Shown here: positions 1 through 11,393 of the stretch, piece after piece
Numbering within the stretch: position 1 is the first letter of the stretch
How the letters are laid out: every line of letters starts with the position of its first letter
Source of the DNA: a phage
Assembly: GCA_033648345.1 (NCBI GenBank)
Contig: GCA_033648345.1_4121.1
Length of the DNA stretch: 64,000 nucleotides
Reading direction: 5' to 3' (one strand)
The notes under the pieces: generated by a model
The model's database searches: none
What the model saw: the letters and a program-made list of their open reading frames with translations, nothing else
What the model was told of the DNA's origin: nothing
Translations under genes and position numbers: made by a program

Positions 1-1
1 A

Positions 2-1026
<1,025 letters not shown>

Positions 1027-1027
<1 letters not shown>

Positions 1028-1821
1028 TGCCAAGTAAAAGTAAAAGCCAAGCGAAATTCTTCGCTGCTGCTGCCCATAATCCTGAATTCGCCAAAAAAGC
1101 AGGGATTTCACAAAGTGCAGCAAAAGAGTGGAATGCAGCAGATGAAAAAGAGGGAAATCTTAAGAAAGGTTCAAAACTCCCTAATAAAGTAAAAGAATCT
1201 AGTATGCGTGGTTTGGTTGATATTGTACAAGATGCAGAATTAGCTGATACAGAAGACAGAACTAGTGATATAATGGATTCATGTGAAGAAGACCATAAAG
1301 AGAAATTGGAAGAAATGCCACAACGTTTCGATAGTTTCCAAGGCCAAGACCGTGACGAGTTCGTTGACAAAACTGCCGAGATGACAGGTAAGCACAACAT
1401 GGTTAAGTTCGCAGAACACAAAGATTATGATGTGTTTATGAATAAGAATGGTACTGGGTTTATTGCCTATGATAAAGCGGGTAAACAGCTTGCTATCGTT
1501 AGTGGACATTTGTCGAATGATGCAGTGGTTGGTGTACCACAAGTGTTTGAGATTTCTGCTACAGCCTCTAAAACTGGTACTAAAGGTATCATCTATAATA
1601 TCTTTATGGATATGGTTTCTCATGGTATTAAAGTACTAAGTGACAGTCTTCACACAGATGATGCAATTAAATTCTGGACCCGATTGATTGGTTCACACCA
1701 AGTCTACATTGTGGGTGGTGGTGAAGTACTGGCTAAGGCTAGTCCAGAGAAGGTTCACAAGTACTGGAGTGATGATGAATTTAGTCCTAGTGCTGAATTA
1801 CAATTACTTCTGGTAAAATAA
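1027..1821 (+). CDS. hypothetical protein; N-terminus MPSKSKSQAKFFAAAAHNPEFAKKAGI resembles DUF3008-type motif
   Basis: 264-aa ORF coupled to upstream gene, followed by hairpin/T-tract terminator; domain resemblance is from memory of the family and unverified. Confidence 0.5.
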
Positions 1822-1827
1822 TAATTG

Positions 1828-1857
1828 TCGGGGCATTTAATGTCCCGATATTTTTTT
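1828..1857 (+). terminator. rho-independent terminator
   Basis: tcggggca-tttaa-tgtcccga hairpin followed by T7 run. Confidence 0.6.
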
Positions 1858-1920
1858 GAGACAAACAAAGCATTGATGATACAATGTTGCATGACAAAGA
1901 GACATTAAAAAGGAATTCAA

Positions 1921-3885
1921 ATGGCTAAGAAAGAAAGTGCTGTTCTTCAGGAACATGATGTACAACGTCTAAACGATTATCAACATGCTCGCTTGCGTAC
2001 TGAGATGTATCTGGGTTCACGTTCTGTTCACGAAAGTCAAGTACTGATCTTTGGTGAGTCTGGATATGAAGTTAAAAACGTTGAGTGGGTTCCTGCAATT
2101 CTAACTGCTACTCGTGAAATTATCGATAACAGCTTAGATGAATTTAAAAAAGCTGGTACAAAAGAGCCAGTACTCAAAGTTGATTTCAATGAAGAAGAGT
2201 TATCCTTTGAGATCAGTGATAATGGTCGTGGTATTCCAATTGACTATGTTCCTGAGTATCAGAAAAATCTATGTACAATGGTAATGACTGAAACTAAAAC
2301 TGGTCGCAACTTTGATGACTCGAAGCGTGATGAAACAATCGGTCAGAATGGATTGGGTGGTTCAGTTGCAATGATTGTAAGTTCTAAAGCTGAACTTGAA
2401 ATCCATCGCCAAGGTCGCCCGTATAAAACACAAAGTAGCAATGACGGATATGACGGTTTTTATAAGTTCAATCAGAAGTTCGAAGAAGGAACTATTATGT
2501 TTCCTGAACTTCATGTACATGAACCAACTATTCGTAAGGTTCAAGCAGATAAGACTGGAACAACAATTCGCTTCACTCTGAGTTCTGAGGTATTTCCTAA
2601 CCGTAAACTACCAACTGAATTGCTATACAGTATTTTGAAAGAAATGTCTGCTGCTAACCCTACCTATAAGATTTTCCTTAACGGTAAGCGTATTGCAATT
2701 AAAGGAACTACTGAAAAAGCACTATTCAACGCATCTAAACTGATGCAATTGAACGTTAAAGATGAATCATTCAACTTTAACAGTACTTTCTACATTGTTC
2801 CTAATGCAGTATCGGGTATGAACAATAACTTCCATATGCATGGTTTGGTTAACAATGCCCCAGCATTTGATGGTGGTACACATCTTGATACATTCAAGAA
2901 ATTCTTCTCATTAGGAGTAGGAACTGCTCTAGAGAAAGAATCAAAGAAACGCAAGATGAAACCTAACCGCTCTGATATTGAAGAAGGTCTGTTGATTTAT
3001 AACGTAACAACGATGAAAGCACCATCATTCAACTCACAGATTAAATCAAAACTAACCAACGAAAACGTTATTCGTCCAATTCAACAAGCGATGAATTCTG
3101 AATGGTTCGATGAATTAGTCAAGAAGAACAAAGAGTGGATTGATGAAATTTTTGAACGCTGTGCTGCTCGTACCAACAAGAAAGATGCAGAAGAAGATCG
3201 CCGTCTAGCTAAAAAACTACTGAAAGGTAAAGTTGCAAAACTATTGGACAGTACAGGTACGGATCGTTCCAAATGCATCCTACTAATTGCTGAGGGTGAT
3301 TCTGCTATTTCCAACATGGCGAGTGCTCGTGATCCTAAAGTTCATGGTATTCTACCATTGCGTGGTAAAATTATGAACGTCAGTGGTAATGAGAAAACCA
3401 AAGAATTAATGGATTCAATGGCATTGCATGATATAATGGCGAGTATCAACCTGATTCCTGGTGTAAAAGCGGAAAGAGCAGACCTTAACTATGGTAAGCT
3501 TTATATCTGTGCCGACGAAGATGAGGATGGAAAGAACATTGGTGCTTTAGTATGTAACTTCCTATACAAATTCTGGCCTGAACTATTCCAAGACCCAGAG
3601 AATCCATTTGTGTATATATTCAAAACACCATTCATCATTCTAGAGAAAGGTAAGGAATCCAAGTACTACTATGGTCATGATGTACATGAATACAACCCAG
3701 ATGATTGGAAAGGTTGGAAAGCAACCCGTGCGAAAGGATTGGGTACGTTAGAAAAAGCAAACTTCCGTGATGCATTCACTAACAGTGTTGCAGTAGCGAT
3801 CACTGATGATGGACGTCTTGGTGAAACACTTGATTTGATTTTCAACAAGAAACGTGCAGATGATCGTAAGAACTGGATGGAATAA
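1921..3885 (+). CDS. 39: DNA topoisomerase II large subunit (GyrB-like ATPase + Toprim; T4 gp39-type, single unsplit ORF)
   Basis: GHKL ATPase motifs (IIDNSLDE, SDNGRGIP), Toprim LLIAEGDSA, PLRGKIMNV; 654 aa. Confidence 0.9.
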   Translation: MAKKESAVLQEHDVQRLNDYQHARLRTEMYLGSRSVHESQVLIFGESGYEVKNVEWVPAILTATREIIDNSLDEFKKAGTKEPVLKVDFNEEELSFEISDNGRGIPIDYVPEYQKNLCTMVMTETKTGRNFDDSKRDETIGQNGLGGSVAMIVSSKAELEIHRQGRPYKTQSSNDGYDGFYKFNQKFEEGTIMFPELHVHEPTIRKVQADKTGTTIRFTLSSEVFPNRKLPTELLYSILKEMSAANPTYKIFLNGKRIAIKGTTEKALFNASKLMQLNVKDESFNFNSTFYIVPNAVSGMNNNFHMHGLVNNAPAFDGGTHLDTFKKFFSLGVGTALEKESKKRKMKPNRSDIEEGLLIYNVTTMKAPSFNSQIKSKLTNENVIRPIQQAMNSEWFDELVKKNKEWIDEIFERCAARTNKKDAEEDRRLAKKLLKGKVAKLLDSTGTDRSKCILLIAEGDSAISNMASARDPKVHGILPLRGKIMNVSGNEKTKELMDSMALHDIMASINLIPGVKAERADLNYGKLYICADEDEDGKNIGALVCNFLYKFWPELFQDPENPFVYIFKTPFIILEKGKESKYYYGHDVHEYNPDDWKGWKATRAKGLGTLEKANFRDAFTNSVAVAITDDGRLGETLDLIFNKKRADDRKNWME

Positions 3886-3896
3886 TATAGATTAAT

Positions 3897-3919
3897 GGGG
3901 AACATGGTGTTCCCCTTTT
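3897..3919 (+). terminator. rho-independent terminator
   Basis: ggggaaca-tgg-tgttcccc perfect 8-bp stem then TTTT. Confidence 0.65.
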
Positions 3920-3935
3920 ACAAAGAGACAATGGA

Positions 3936-5348
3936 ATGGCTAAAAGTAAAAAAACCGAAAATCAAAGCATCGATAACCAAACACTAACTCTACTAGATTA
4001 TAACAGTTCTGATTATGTGAATACCACATCACTAGAATATTCAATGTACACACTAGACCGTGCAATCCCTGGGATTGATGGCCTTAAGAGTTCACAGCGT
4101 AAAGCAATCTTCACCCTCTCAAAAGTTAGTGGTGAAATCAAAACTGTATCATGTGCTGGTAAAATGATTAGTGATGGTATCTATCTACACGGTGATACAT
4201 CTGCATCTGGTACTCTTCAGAACCTAGCATCACCAGTCGTAAACAACTACCCACTCATTGGTAAACGTGGTGGTTTTGGTACACAAGTAAACAGTACTCC
4301 AGCTTCTGCTCGTTATACTTATGTTAAAAAGAATAAAAGTACTGAAATGTTAGTACTACGTGACTCTGACATTATTCCAATGAAAGAGAACTATGATGGT
4401 ACTACAATGGAACCAAGTTTCTTTTTACCTATTATCCCACTATCTTTGTTTGGTAACGATAGTATGTCAGTAGGTTATAAGAGTACAATTCTACCACATA
4501 AGATTGAAGATGTTATTGATAACTGTATTCGTGCTATTGATAAAAAACCATTAAAAGAAATGACTCCATACTATGTTTCATGTGGTGCAAGTGATATCGT
4601 AACTAAGCTTGATGAAAACAAATATGAGTTCTATGGTAAAGCACAAGTAATTGATGCCAGTACTGTTAAAGTGACAGGTCTACCACCAAACTACAGTATT
4701 GAGAAATTCATCGAGAAACTCATTAAGATGAGCGATGATGGTGATATTCGTGATTATGATAATGATAGTACTGATGTTATTGATATTACAATCAAATTAC
4801 CACGCGGAACATCTGCTAAATGGGTGGAGAAAGATGTAATTGAATACTTTGGCATTCATAAGAAGATGACACAAATCCTAACTGTTCTAGGTGAGAATGG
4901 TAAGGTTAAAGTCTATGATAACACAATGGATTTGATTAAGGACTTTGTTGAATTCCGTTTCAAATACTATGTGAAACGCTATGAGAAGAAACTTGATGAT
5001 TGTGCTGCTGAAGTACGTTATAAGATTCTAATCAAAGAATGTTTTGATAATGATATGATTGCTAAGGTTAAGGGTTTTGCTAACCGTTCAGAAATGGTTG
5101 AGTTTGTTAAATCATTAAACACTGAAATCGAAGCAACCGATGAGAATATTCAAAGCATCGTAAACTTCCCATCATATCGTTGGACCCAAGACAATTATCA
5201 ATCAGTACTAGCTGATATTCAACATAACTTGGATTTAATGGATGAATATAACAATCTCCTGTCGAATCATGATTTGATTTGGAACATCTATAAAGATGAG
5301 TTGAAAGAACTACGTAAGATTGACTTCACGCCAAAAACTGAAGATTGA
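3936..5348 (+). CDS. 52: DNA topoisomerase II medium subunit (GyrA-like breakage-reunion domain; T4 gp52-type)
   Basis: N-terminal YSMYTLDRAIPGIDGLKSSQRKAIF resembles GyrA/ParC N-terminus; immediately downstream of the gp39-type gene. Confidence 0.8.
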   Translation: MAKSKKTENQSIDNQTLTLLDYNSSDYVNTTSLEYSMYTLDRAIPGIDGLKSSQRKAIFTLSKVSGEIKTVSCAGKMISDGIYLHGDTSASGTLQNLASPVVNNYPLIGKRGGFGTQVNSTPASARYTYVKKNKSTEMLVLRDSDIIPMKENYDGTTMEPSFFLPIIPLSLFGNDSMSVGYKSTILPHKIEDVIDNCIRAIDKKPLKEMTPYYVSCGASDIVTKLDENKYEFYGKAQVIDASTVKVTGLPPNYSIEKFIEKLIKMSDDGDIRDYDNDSTDVIDITIKLPRGTSAKWVEKDVIEYFGIHKKMTQILTVLGENGKVKVYDNTMDLIKDFVEFRFKYYVKRYEKKLDDCAAEVRYKILIKECFDNDMIAKVKGFANRSEMVEFVKSLNTEIEATDENIQSIVNFPSYRWTQDNYQSVLADIQHNLDLMDEYNNLLSNHDLIWNIYKDELKELRKIDFTPKTED

Positions 5349-5358
5349 TTATAAACAG

Positions 5359-5389
5359 GGAAGACCTTTGTGGGTCTTCCTTGTCCTTT
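5359..5389 (+). terminator. probable terminator
   Basis: ggaagacc-tttgtg-ggtcttcc hairpin followed by T-rich tract. Confidence 0.5.
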
Positions 5390-5390
5390 A

Positions 5391-5398
5391 TATAAATA
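5391..5398 (+). promoter_or_regulatory. T4-type late promoter TATAAATA
   Basis: Exact TATAAATA about 40 nt upstream of the ATG at 5437; RBS GGAGA at about 5426. Confidence 0.5.
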
Positions 5399-5436
5399 AT
5401 CTATAGATAATGGTAGCTTGGCTATGGAGAATTATA

Positions 5437-7833
5437 ATGACAACTTTTACCCCTAGATGGGATATAAAAGCCGATGCTCGATATATACAAGAAGGACAAG
5501 ACATTCTTGTGCGTTTGAGTATCAACAAAGAAACCACAACGGATGATAGTTATATACTTAATGAAAACGAATACTTAGAGATGATTCTAACTATTCAGGG
5601 TTTGGACAGTTCTGATGCAGTATTTCAACCAGAAGATCACTACGCAGTGTATGTTGGGAATGATGAATCTAATCTCACACCTATATCATCAGGTATTACT
5701 GGTAACAAGTTGATTAATGGTAAGCACAAATGTAAAATTGATAAAACTCAATTTGATCTATCGGCAAGCACTAATACCGAAGATGTTTATTTTATTAAAT
5801 TGCATTGTAAAGATGATGGTACATTTAACAACTCTGAACAGATTAACTTCTATCTTCAAGCAGTAAATGTTATGTACTATGGTAACATTTCCCCTAGTGG
5901 TGAAATTGGTTCAAATGAAGTAACAATTGAATATGATAGCCAGGAAGTGTGGGTTACTCCTGGAATCGAAATCGGTGATGATGACAAATTATATTGTATT
6001 GGCGATATTGAATACGGTTCCAACAGTACTTTATTTGTACAGGGATTTGGTCGCCGTCGTCCATTTATTTTAGGAACTGATACATCAACTGACCTATCTC
6101 CTAGAGTATTTTATCCAGCGTATCGTCTACTCGATATGACCCCAGCAGAAGTTCCTGCTCGCCACATTACTGATGATTATGCAATCCTACGTCCTATTGA
6201 TAATATATGGCCTGTATTTGGTATTAATAAAGAAATTAAGGTTAATATTCAAACTAGCTCTGGGGAGTTACTAGATTCAGGATTGGTTTTCAACCCAAAT
6301 GGACAATTTCTGCAAACATTCCTATATGACTCTGATGCATGTGATGCATATTTCAAAGTTGAAATTGTTGATATTTTGAGTACATATAGTTATGACACTG
6401 ACCGCTTCGCTATAAACCAACGTTTCAAAGCATATCAAATGTGGGTATGTCCAGACAATGTAGATGGTATATACGCTGATGGTGATAAACCTTTACCTAA
6501 TCATTTGTATCAGTTGAAAGATAACGTTGTATATCCATATGTAATCTCTGGTGAATATGATCTAGGTGAAACAAAGCCAGTGTTTAAAAGTTCAGATTGG
6601 ATTGATTTAGGATATTATGATTCAAGCTTAGGTGCGAATATTATAGGTGAAGAGAAGATGTTCCGTGTTCTAGTGAACGCAGAAGAAGGAAACTCAATAG
6701 ACTTCACAACTGATAGTGATTTAGGTAGTATTCATGTGGGTGAATATTTCGGTCACAGTACTTATCCACAAATACAAACTACCAGTACTAATCAGGTATC
6801 TTATGTATTAGATGGTGGGCCTGATGATATTCGCAAATATGGTTTGGACCTCACCGCAGATGGGTTCTTGGTCGGGACGGCATATGCAAAAAGTTTAGAT
6901 TTCAGTGCAAATGATGATATAAAATTAGAATTCAACATCAAAGCATATGACACTGAAGGTGGTGTTGCGTCCAAGTTATTTAAACTGAAAATTGTACGTG
7001 GTTTTGGACAAAACTACTTAAGTGCACATATTGTACCTTCTGTTTATTTTGAACGTGAATGGTTTAAGTGTATTAGTACACCATCATTTACAAAACAAGC
7101 TTTCCATCGTCAATCAGATGATAGATACGGGTTACAAAAAGTACCACGTATTCTATTAAAAGAAAACTTTTTGAGTCAGAACTATACTTACACTACGTTG
7201 AGTGATATTAAAAAAGTACTTAGGGAAAATATCATAAACCAATCTGGTGCAACTATACCTGATGGAAAATTTAGAATGGTAATGGGCAACTATAAAGTAA
7301 TGTCAGCACTTGACAACCAAGGTAACTTGCAGTATGATATATTATACCGTGAAGTTTTACCCGCAGGTTCATTGGTGTCGGTTTCTAAGAATCCAAGAAG
7401 TTACACGCAAATTGATAACGGAACACTCGGTGAAATATTTGGCTTGCGTCAAAATATTTTTGCAGCAATTGGTGAAGACACAACTAACCTTGTGAAAGAC
7501 CCAACTGATTTACAAAACCGTGGTTTGTATGTAGATGCTATACCAGGAATTTCTGATGAGATGCTTGACACTGTTCCTCGCTTCATGAATCACCCATACG
7601 AAGAAAATGGAGTTGAAAAGAAATTTATGCCAATCATTCCAGTTGCATATTGTGCACCAGGAAAGGGCGAAGCATTCTTTAACACTTTACTTCAGAACAA
7701 TGAACATGGTAAGATGGTTGGTGTTGAGTTTGAAATCACAGGAGTTGAGTTTGGATTCTTTGCACATGAATTCGAAAACTACGTTCATGATACATTTTTG
7801 ATTTCATTACAAAACAGCAATTTAGGAGGATGA
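5437..7833 (+). CDS. large hypothetical protein (about 798 aa), probably late-expressed virion/structural protein
   Basis: Long ORF; start chosen at in-frame ATG after GGAGA RBS; late-promoter consensus upstream; no recognisable catalytic motif. Confidence 0.5.
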   Translation: MTTFTPRWDIKADARYIQEGQDILVRLSINKETTTDDSYILNENEYLEMILTIQGLDSSDAVFQPEDHYAVYVGNDESNLTPISSGITGNKLINGKHKCKIDKTQFDLSASTNTEDVYFIKLHCKDDGTFNNSEQINFYLQAVNVMYYGNISPSGEIGSNEVTIEYDSQEVWVTPGIEIGDDDKLYCIGDIEYGSNSTLFVQGFGRRRPFILGTDTSTDLSPRVFYPAYRLLDMTPAEVPARHITDDYAILRPIDNIWPVFGINKEIKVNIQTSSGELLDSGLVFNPNGQFLQTFLYDSDACDAYFKVEIVDILSTYSYDTDRFAINQRFKAYQMWVCPDNVDGIYADGDKPLPNHLYQLKDNVVYPYVISGEYDLGETKPVFKSSDWIDLGYYDSSLGANIIGEEKMFRVLVNAEEGNSIDFTTDSDLGSIHVGEYFGHSTYPQIQTTSTNQVSYVLDGGPDDIRKYGLDLTADGFLVGTAYAKSLDFSANDDIKLEFNIKAYDTEGGVASKLFKLKIVRGFGQNYLSAHIVPSVYFEREWFKCISTPSFTKQAFHRQSDDRYGLQKVPRILLKENFLSQNYTYTTLSDIKKVLRENIINQSGATIPDGKFRMVMGNYKVMSALDNQGNLQYDILYREVLPAGSLVSVSKNPRSYTQIDNGTLGEIFGLRQNIFAAIGEDTTNLVKDPTDLQNRGLYVDAIPGISDEMLDTVPRFMNHPYEENGVEKKFMPIIPVAYCAPGKGEAFFNTLLQNNEHGKMVGVEFEITGVEFGFFAHEFENYVHDTFLISLQNSNLGG

Positions 7834-7834
7834 T

Positions 7835-8146
7835 ATGTTCAATCCATTTTTTGATCCATCAACCATGACCGAGAAAGAGTTACAATTGAAAATTAACGAA
7901 CAATCGATGCGTATTACGTCTGCTCGTGCAGCAGGTATGAGTGATATGATTGTTGGTAACATGCAAACCGTTCTGAATCAGTGCTATGCTGAATTAGAGA
8001 TTCGTCAGGGACAAAAAGAAAAAACATCCTATGATGAACAAGACCCATGTATATTTGACATGAACTCTTACTTAACGGATAACGAAGAGGATCAGAAGAA
8101 GAAAAATGAAAGTACAAGGAAACAGATTTATAAGTCCCAATGGTGA
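7835..8146 (+). CDS. hypothetical protein
   Basis: 103-aa ORF, start overlaps stop of upstream gene. Confidence 0.4.
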   Translation: MFNPFFDPSTMTEKELQLKINEQSMRITSARAAGMSDMIVGNMQTVLNQCYAELEIRQGQKEKTSYDEQDPCIFDMNSYLTDNEEDQKKKNESTRKQIYKSQW

Positions 8147-8624
8147 TGTAAAATGTAACCTTAATGCAGTCGTGTATGCAATCAACTGTGGTGCAGATAT
8201 TCAGTACTTACAGCTACAGGAGATTGATGAACCGGAACGATTGAAATTTAACGATAATTGTAAAAAATTTGGTTTAGAACAGCGTATGCTGGATTATACA
8301 ATAGAACATGATAAAAACCATGAGCTATGGCGTTATGATCCAGTGTACGATAACATCAACTTGCGTGAGTACTTTTTACAGAAATGTACATCGGATGAAG
8401 CCCGTGAACGTGTAATGTATGAGATTGATTTGTTTGAACATTACAACATGACTAAGCTTTTAAGATGTATGATCTGGTTAGTTGATTATATGGAAGAGCA
8501 CAATATTTTTTGGGGTCTTGGGCGTGGTAGTTCAGTGGCTTCGTATTGTTTGTTCCTGATTGATTTGCATATGGTTGATTCTTTGAAGTATAAACTAGAT
8601 GTAAATGAATTTTTGAAATGGTAG
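8106..8624 (+). CDS. hypothetical protein
   Basis: 172-aa ORF; start uncertain (overlaps previous ORF by 41 nt). Confidence 0.4.
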   Translation: MKVQGNRFISPNGDVKCNLNAVVYAINCGADIQYLQLQEIDEPERLKFNDNCKKFGLEQRMLDYTIEHDKNHELWRYDPVYDNINLREYFLQKCTSDEARERVMYEIDLFEHYNMTKLLRCMIWLVDYMEEHNIFWGLGRGSSVASYCLFLIDLHMVDSLKYKLDVNEFLKW

Positions 8625-8642
8625 AAAAACATGTGATATAAT
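8613..8642 (+). promoter_or_regulatory. sigma70-like early promoter
   Basis: TTGAAA -35, about 18-nt spacer, TGtGaTATAAT extended -10. Confidence 0.45.
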
Positions 8643-8687
8643 GTTGTTTGAGGCGTTATATCACTCACATAGAAAAAGGATTTTTAT

Positions 8688-9032
8688 ATGTCAAAACACA
8701 CAACTTATCGTGGAACCACCATTGATATGGATATGCTAAAGTATCAAAACCAGCACAAAGTAGCACTAGGTAATGCAAACCTAAATGCTCGTGGTGATAA
8801 GATTGGTTCAGGTGGTACGGTCATTAAAACCCGTGAAGAACTAATCCAAGAAAAAGAACGTGAAATGCAAATTCCTGATTTCATTCCTGAACACCAACTT
8901 CACAGTGCTGAATATAGTACTGAAGAAGTATGGGATGATGAAAGCTTTGAAGTTCAACCACAAGAACCAGAAGTTGAAGTATCTGAAGAGAAGAAAGCTC
9001 CACGCCGAGCAAAAACTAAAGATCAGGAGTAA
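8688..9032 (+). CDS. hypothetical protein
   Basis: 114-aa ORF with acidic C-terminal half. Confidence 0.45.
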   Translation: MSKHTTYRGTTIDMDMLKYQNQHKVALGNANLNARGDKIGSGGTVIKTREELIQEKEREMQIPDFIPEHQLHSAEYSTEEVWDDESFEVQPQEPEVEVSEEKKAPRRAKTKDQE

Positions 9033-9035
9033 TTC

Positions 9036-9362
9036 ATGACCAATAAAGTAATGACAGCTTGTAAAGGTAAAGTTATTGTAACTGAACTAGAACATGGTGA
9101 GCGTAAAACCGCAGGTGGTATTGTACTGACAAGTGATGATGGTAAGATACGTGGTATTCGTTGTCGTTGGGCTAAAGTATATTCTGTTGGTGAAGACATT
9201 ACCGATATCAAAGAAGGACAATGGATTCTAATTGACCACGGTCGTTGGTCGAGAACTATTGAGATTGATGGTATTAAAATGAATCTCGTGGATTATCCAG
9301 CAGCAGTAAGTTTGGTATCTGACACTGATCCACGCATCTCTGCTCAAACATTTGGTCGTTAA
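9036..9362 (+). CDS. 31: GroES-like co-chaperonin (Cpn10 fold; functional analog of T4 gp31)
   Basis: KGKVIVTELEHGERKTAGGIVLT... matches GroES signature (AGGIVLT, mobile-loop region); 108 aa. Confidence 0.7.
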   Translation: MTNKVMTACKGKVIVTELEHGERKTAGGIVLTSDDGKIRGIRCRWAKVYSVGEDITDIKEGQWILIDHGRWSRTIEIDGIKMNLVDYPAAVSLVSDTDPRISAQTFGR

Positions 9363-9418
9363 AACATAAATCTAAAGCTCGGATATATTATCTGGGCTTT
9401 TTATTTGGATGAAAATAC

Positions 9419-9688
9419 ATGATAACTGATGATGGAAAATATAGTTTTTCTGACGTTACGTTAGTTTCTAAAAATGGACGATTTATGTTTGAAGATAGAA
9501 CTAACACGAAGTACGTATATGAAGTTTCTCATGATATGTTTAAGTACTTACTTATCGTATCAGCCCAGGCCGAAGCAATGGGTGTGAAGAACAAAGCAAA
9601 CTCATTTAATTTTTTGTTTAATCAACTTGAAATGACAGAAGACTTATTCACTGCATTGTTGTATGATTATGCAGATTGGATTTCATAA
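9419..9688 (+). CDS. hypothetical protein
   Basis: 89-aa ORF. Confidence 0.4.
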   Translation: MITDDGKYSFSDVTLVSKNGRFMFEDRTNTKYVYEVSHDMFKYLLIVSAQAEAMGVKNKANSFNFLFNQLEMTEDLFTALLYDYADWIS

Positions 9689-9714
9689 ACACCTAATATA
9701 CAAGGAAATAAAAC

Positions 9715-10668
9715 ATGACTACATTATGGACTGAAAAATACCGCCCACAAACTATGGAAGATTATGTATCTAAGAACGAAGCCCTACGTCAGAAGATGGA
9801 AGAATGGATTCGTACTGGTGATATCCCACATATTGGATTTTTTGGACCAGCAGGGACAGGAAAAACTTCAGCAATCAAAGTACTACTGAATGGTCTGGAA
9901 GCTAACGGACACCTTGACCCTAGTGATGTAACAACACTGAATATGTCAGATGAAGGTATCGATGCTGTTCGTGACAAAATTGATGCAGCAGCAAAACTAT
10001 CATGTTTTGGTCGTTATCGTGTATTTGTTCTGGAAGAAATGGAACAAATGAACCACAAAGCACAGGGTAGCTTGAAACGTGTCATGGAAGATTACCATGA
10101 AAATGCTCGTTTCATTCTTACCAGTAATGAACCACATAAGATTCAGAAACCTATTATCTCTCGTGTTCAGGTCATCACCATTGAGAAGCATGATATGGAA
10201 CAATTCATGTCACGCATCTACAACGTACTATTGGCAGAAGGAGTAGATCTAAGTACTGATGAAAGTATTGAGCAAGTACAAAAATACATCAATGCTTCAT
10301 ATCCTGATTTCCGCAAAACGCTAAACGTATTGCAAAGTTCAGTAGTCGATGGTAAACTTGTAAAGCTTGAAGACAGTATTGAGAACTCTGCTGGGTATCG
10401 TACTGCCATTATTGATGCACTAAAAGCTGGTAACATTCGTCAAATGCGTGAGCAGATCGTGCAAAACATTCCTGATGATGAGATGGATGCATTCTTCTCT
10501 TATCTGTATCGTAATGCAGAAATGTTCAGTACTGATGAAATTACTCTAATGAAAATTAAGGTTAAGATTCGTGACGCTGTTGTTAAACAAGCTACCGTGT
10601 CTGACCGTGAAATGAATCTCAGTGCATTACTGTGTGAGATTGACCTAATCTGTTCGGGGAACATGTAA
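9715..10668 (+). CDS. 44: sliding-clamp loader ATPase subunit (RFC-like AAA+; T4 gp44-type)
   Basis: KYRPQT, Walker A GPAGTGKTS, SRVQVITIE, YPDFRKTLNVLQ (compare T4 gp44 FPDFRKT). Confidence 0.7.
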   Translation: MTTLWTEKYRPQTMEDYVSKNEALRQKMEEWIRTGDIPHIGFFGPAGTGKTSAIKVLLNGLEANGHLDPSDVTTLNMSDEGIDAVRDKIDAAAKLSCFGRYRVFVLEEMEQMNHKAQGSLKRVMEDYHENARFILTSNEPHKIQKPIISRVQVITIEKHDMEQFMSRIYNVLLAEGVDLSTDESIEQVQKYINASYPDFRKTLNVLQSSVVDGKLVKLEDSIENSAGYRTAIIDALKAGNIRQMREQIVQNIPDDEMDAFFSYLYRNAEMFSTDEITLMKIKVKIRDAVVKQATVSDREMNLSALLCEIDLICSGNM

Positions 10669-11294
10669 TGAAAGACCGTTGTATTGTATTCGACTGTGAT
10701 GAAGTACTACTAGATCACATTGGTTCATTAGGAGAATACGCAAAACTCCAATATGATATCAACCCAACAACACCATACCCACTCGCATACGATTTATCTG
10801 AATGGTTTGGTGTTTCACGAGAAAAAGTTCAAGAGATCATTACTGAATTCAATCAACGTTCGTATATGTTTGGATTACTAAAACCTGTAGAAACTAACAC
10901 TGTAAGTATTATGCATGAACTGCGTGATCGTTTTTACAAGGAAAAATTCATAGTACTGACTAAGTGTGGTAAGAAAGGTTATAGCGAGGTACTTCGCAAT
11001 ACTAATCTTATGCATGTATTTGGTGAGACATGTTTTGATGAAATCATCATTGTTGAAATGAATGAATCTAAGCATGAAGCACTAGTAGAATTAAAAGAAC
11101 GATATGACGTAAAACTGATGATTGATGATTATATCAATAATATTGAAACATCAATGGAATTGGGTATCCCATCAGTTATGATGCGAGCGTCCCACAATCA
11201 TATGTATAAAAATGGTTATGGGTATGACTATGTTAACAACTGGGATGAACTACGTTTAAAAATCTATTCAGTACTGTCGAAATATTACCAATAA
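10668..11294 (+). CDS. HAD-superfamily 5'(3')-deoxyribonucleotidase-like protein
   Basis: N-terminal FDCDEVLLD (DxDxV HAD motif I); 208 aa; start overlaps upstream stop. Confidence 0.5.
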   Translation: MKDRCIVFDCDEVLLDHIGSLGEYAKLQYDINPTTPYPLAYDLSEWFGVSREKVQEIITEFNQRSYMFGLLKPVETNTVSIMHELRDRFYKEKFIVLTKCGKKGYSEVLRNTNLMHVFGETCFDEIIIVEMNESKHEALVELKERYDVKLMIDDYINNIETSMELGIPSVMMRASHNHMYKNGYGYDYVNNWDELRLKIYSVLSKYYQ

Positions 11295-11309
11295 TATAGT
11301 AAAAACAAT

Positions 11310-11340
11310 GGGGATTATTTAATCCCCTTTTATTGTTTTT
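11310..11340 (+). terminator. rho-independent terminator
   Basis: ggggatta-tt-taatcccc hairpin followed by T-rich tract. Confidence 0.6.
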
Positions 11341-11393
11341 TAAAAGTAGTAAATAGTATTATATGTGCTAGTTTTTTAAGGATAATATAAAAC

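Noticed and set aside
9715-11294. Expected gp62 clamp-loader small subunit next to the gp44-type gene
   Set aside because: The adjacent downstream ORF is HAD-nucleotidase-like, not gp62-like; I could not identify a gp62 homolog in this window and do not claim one.
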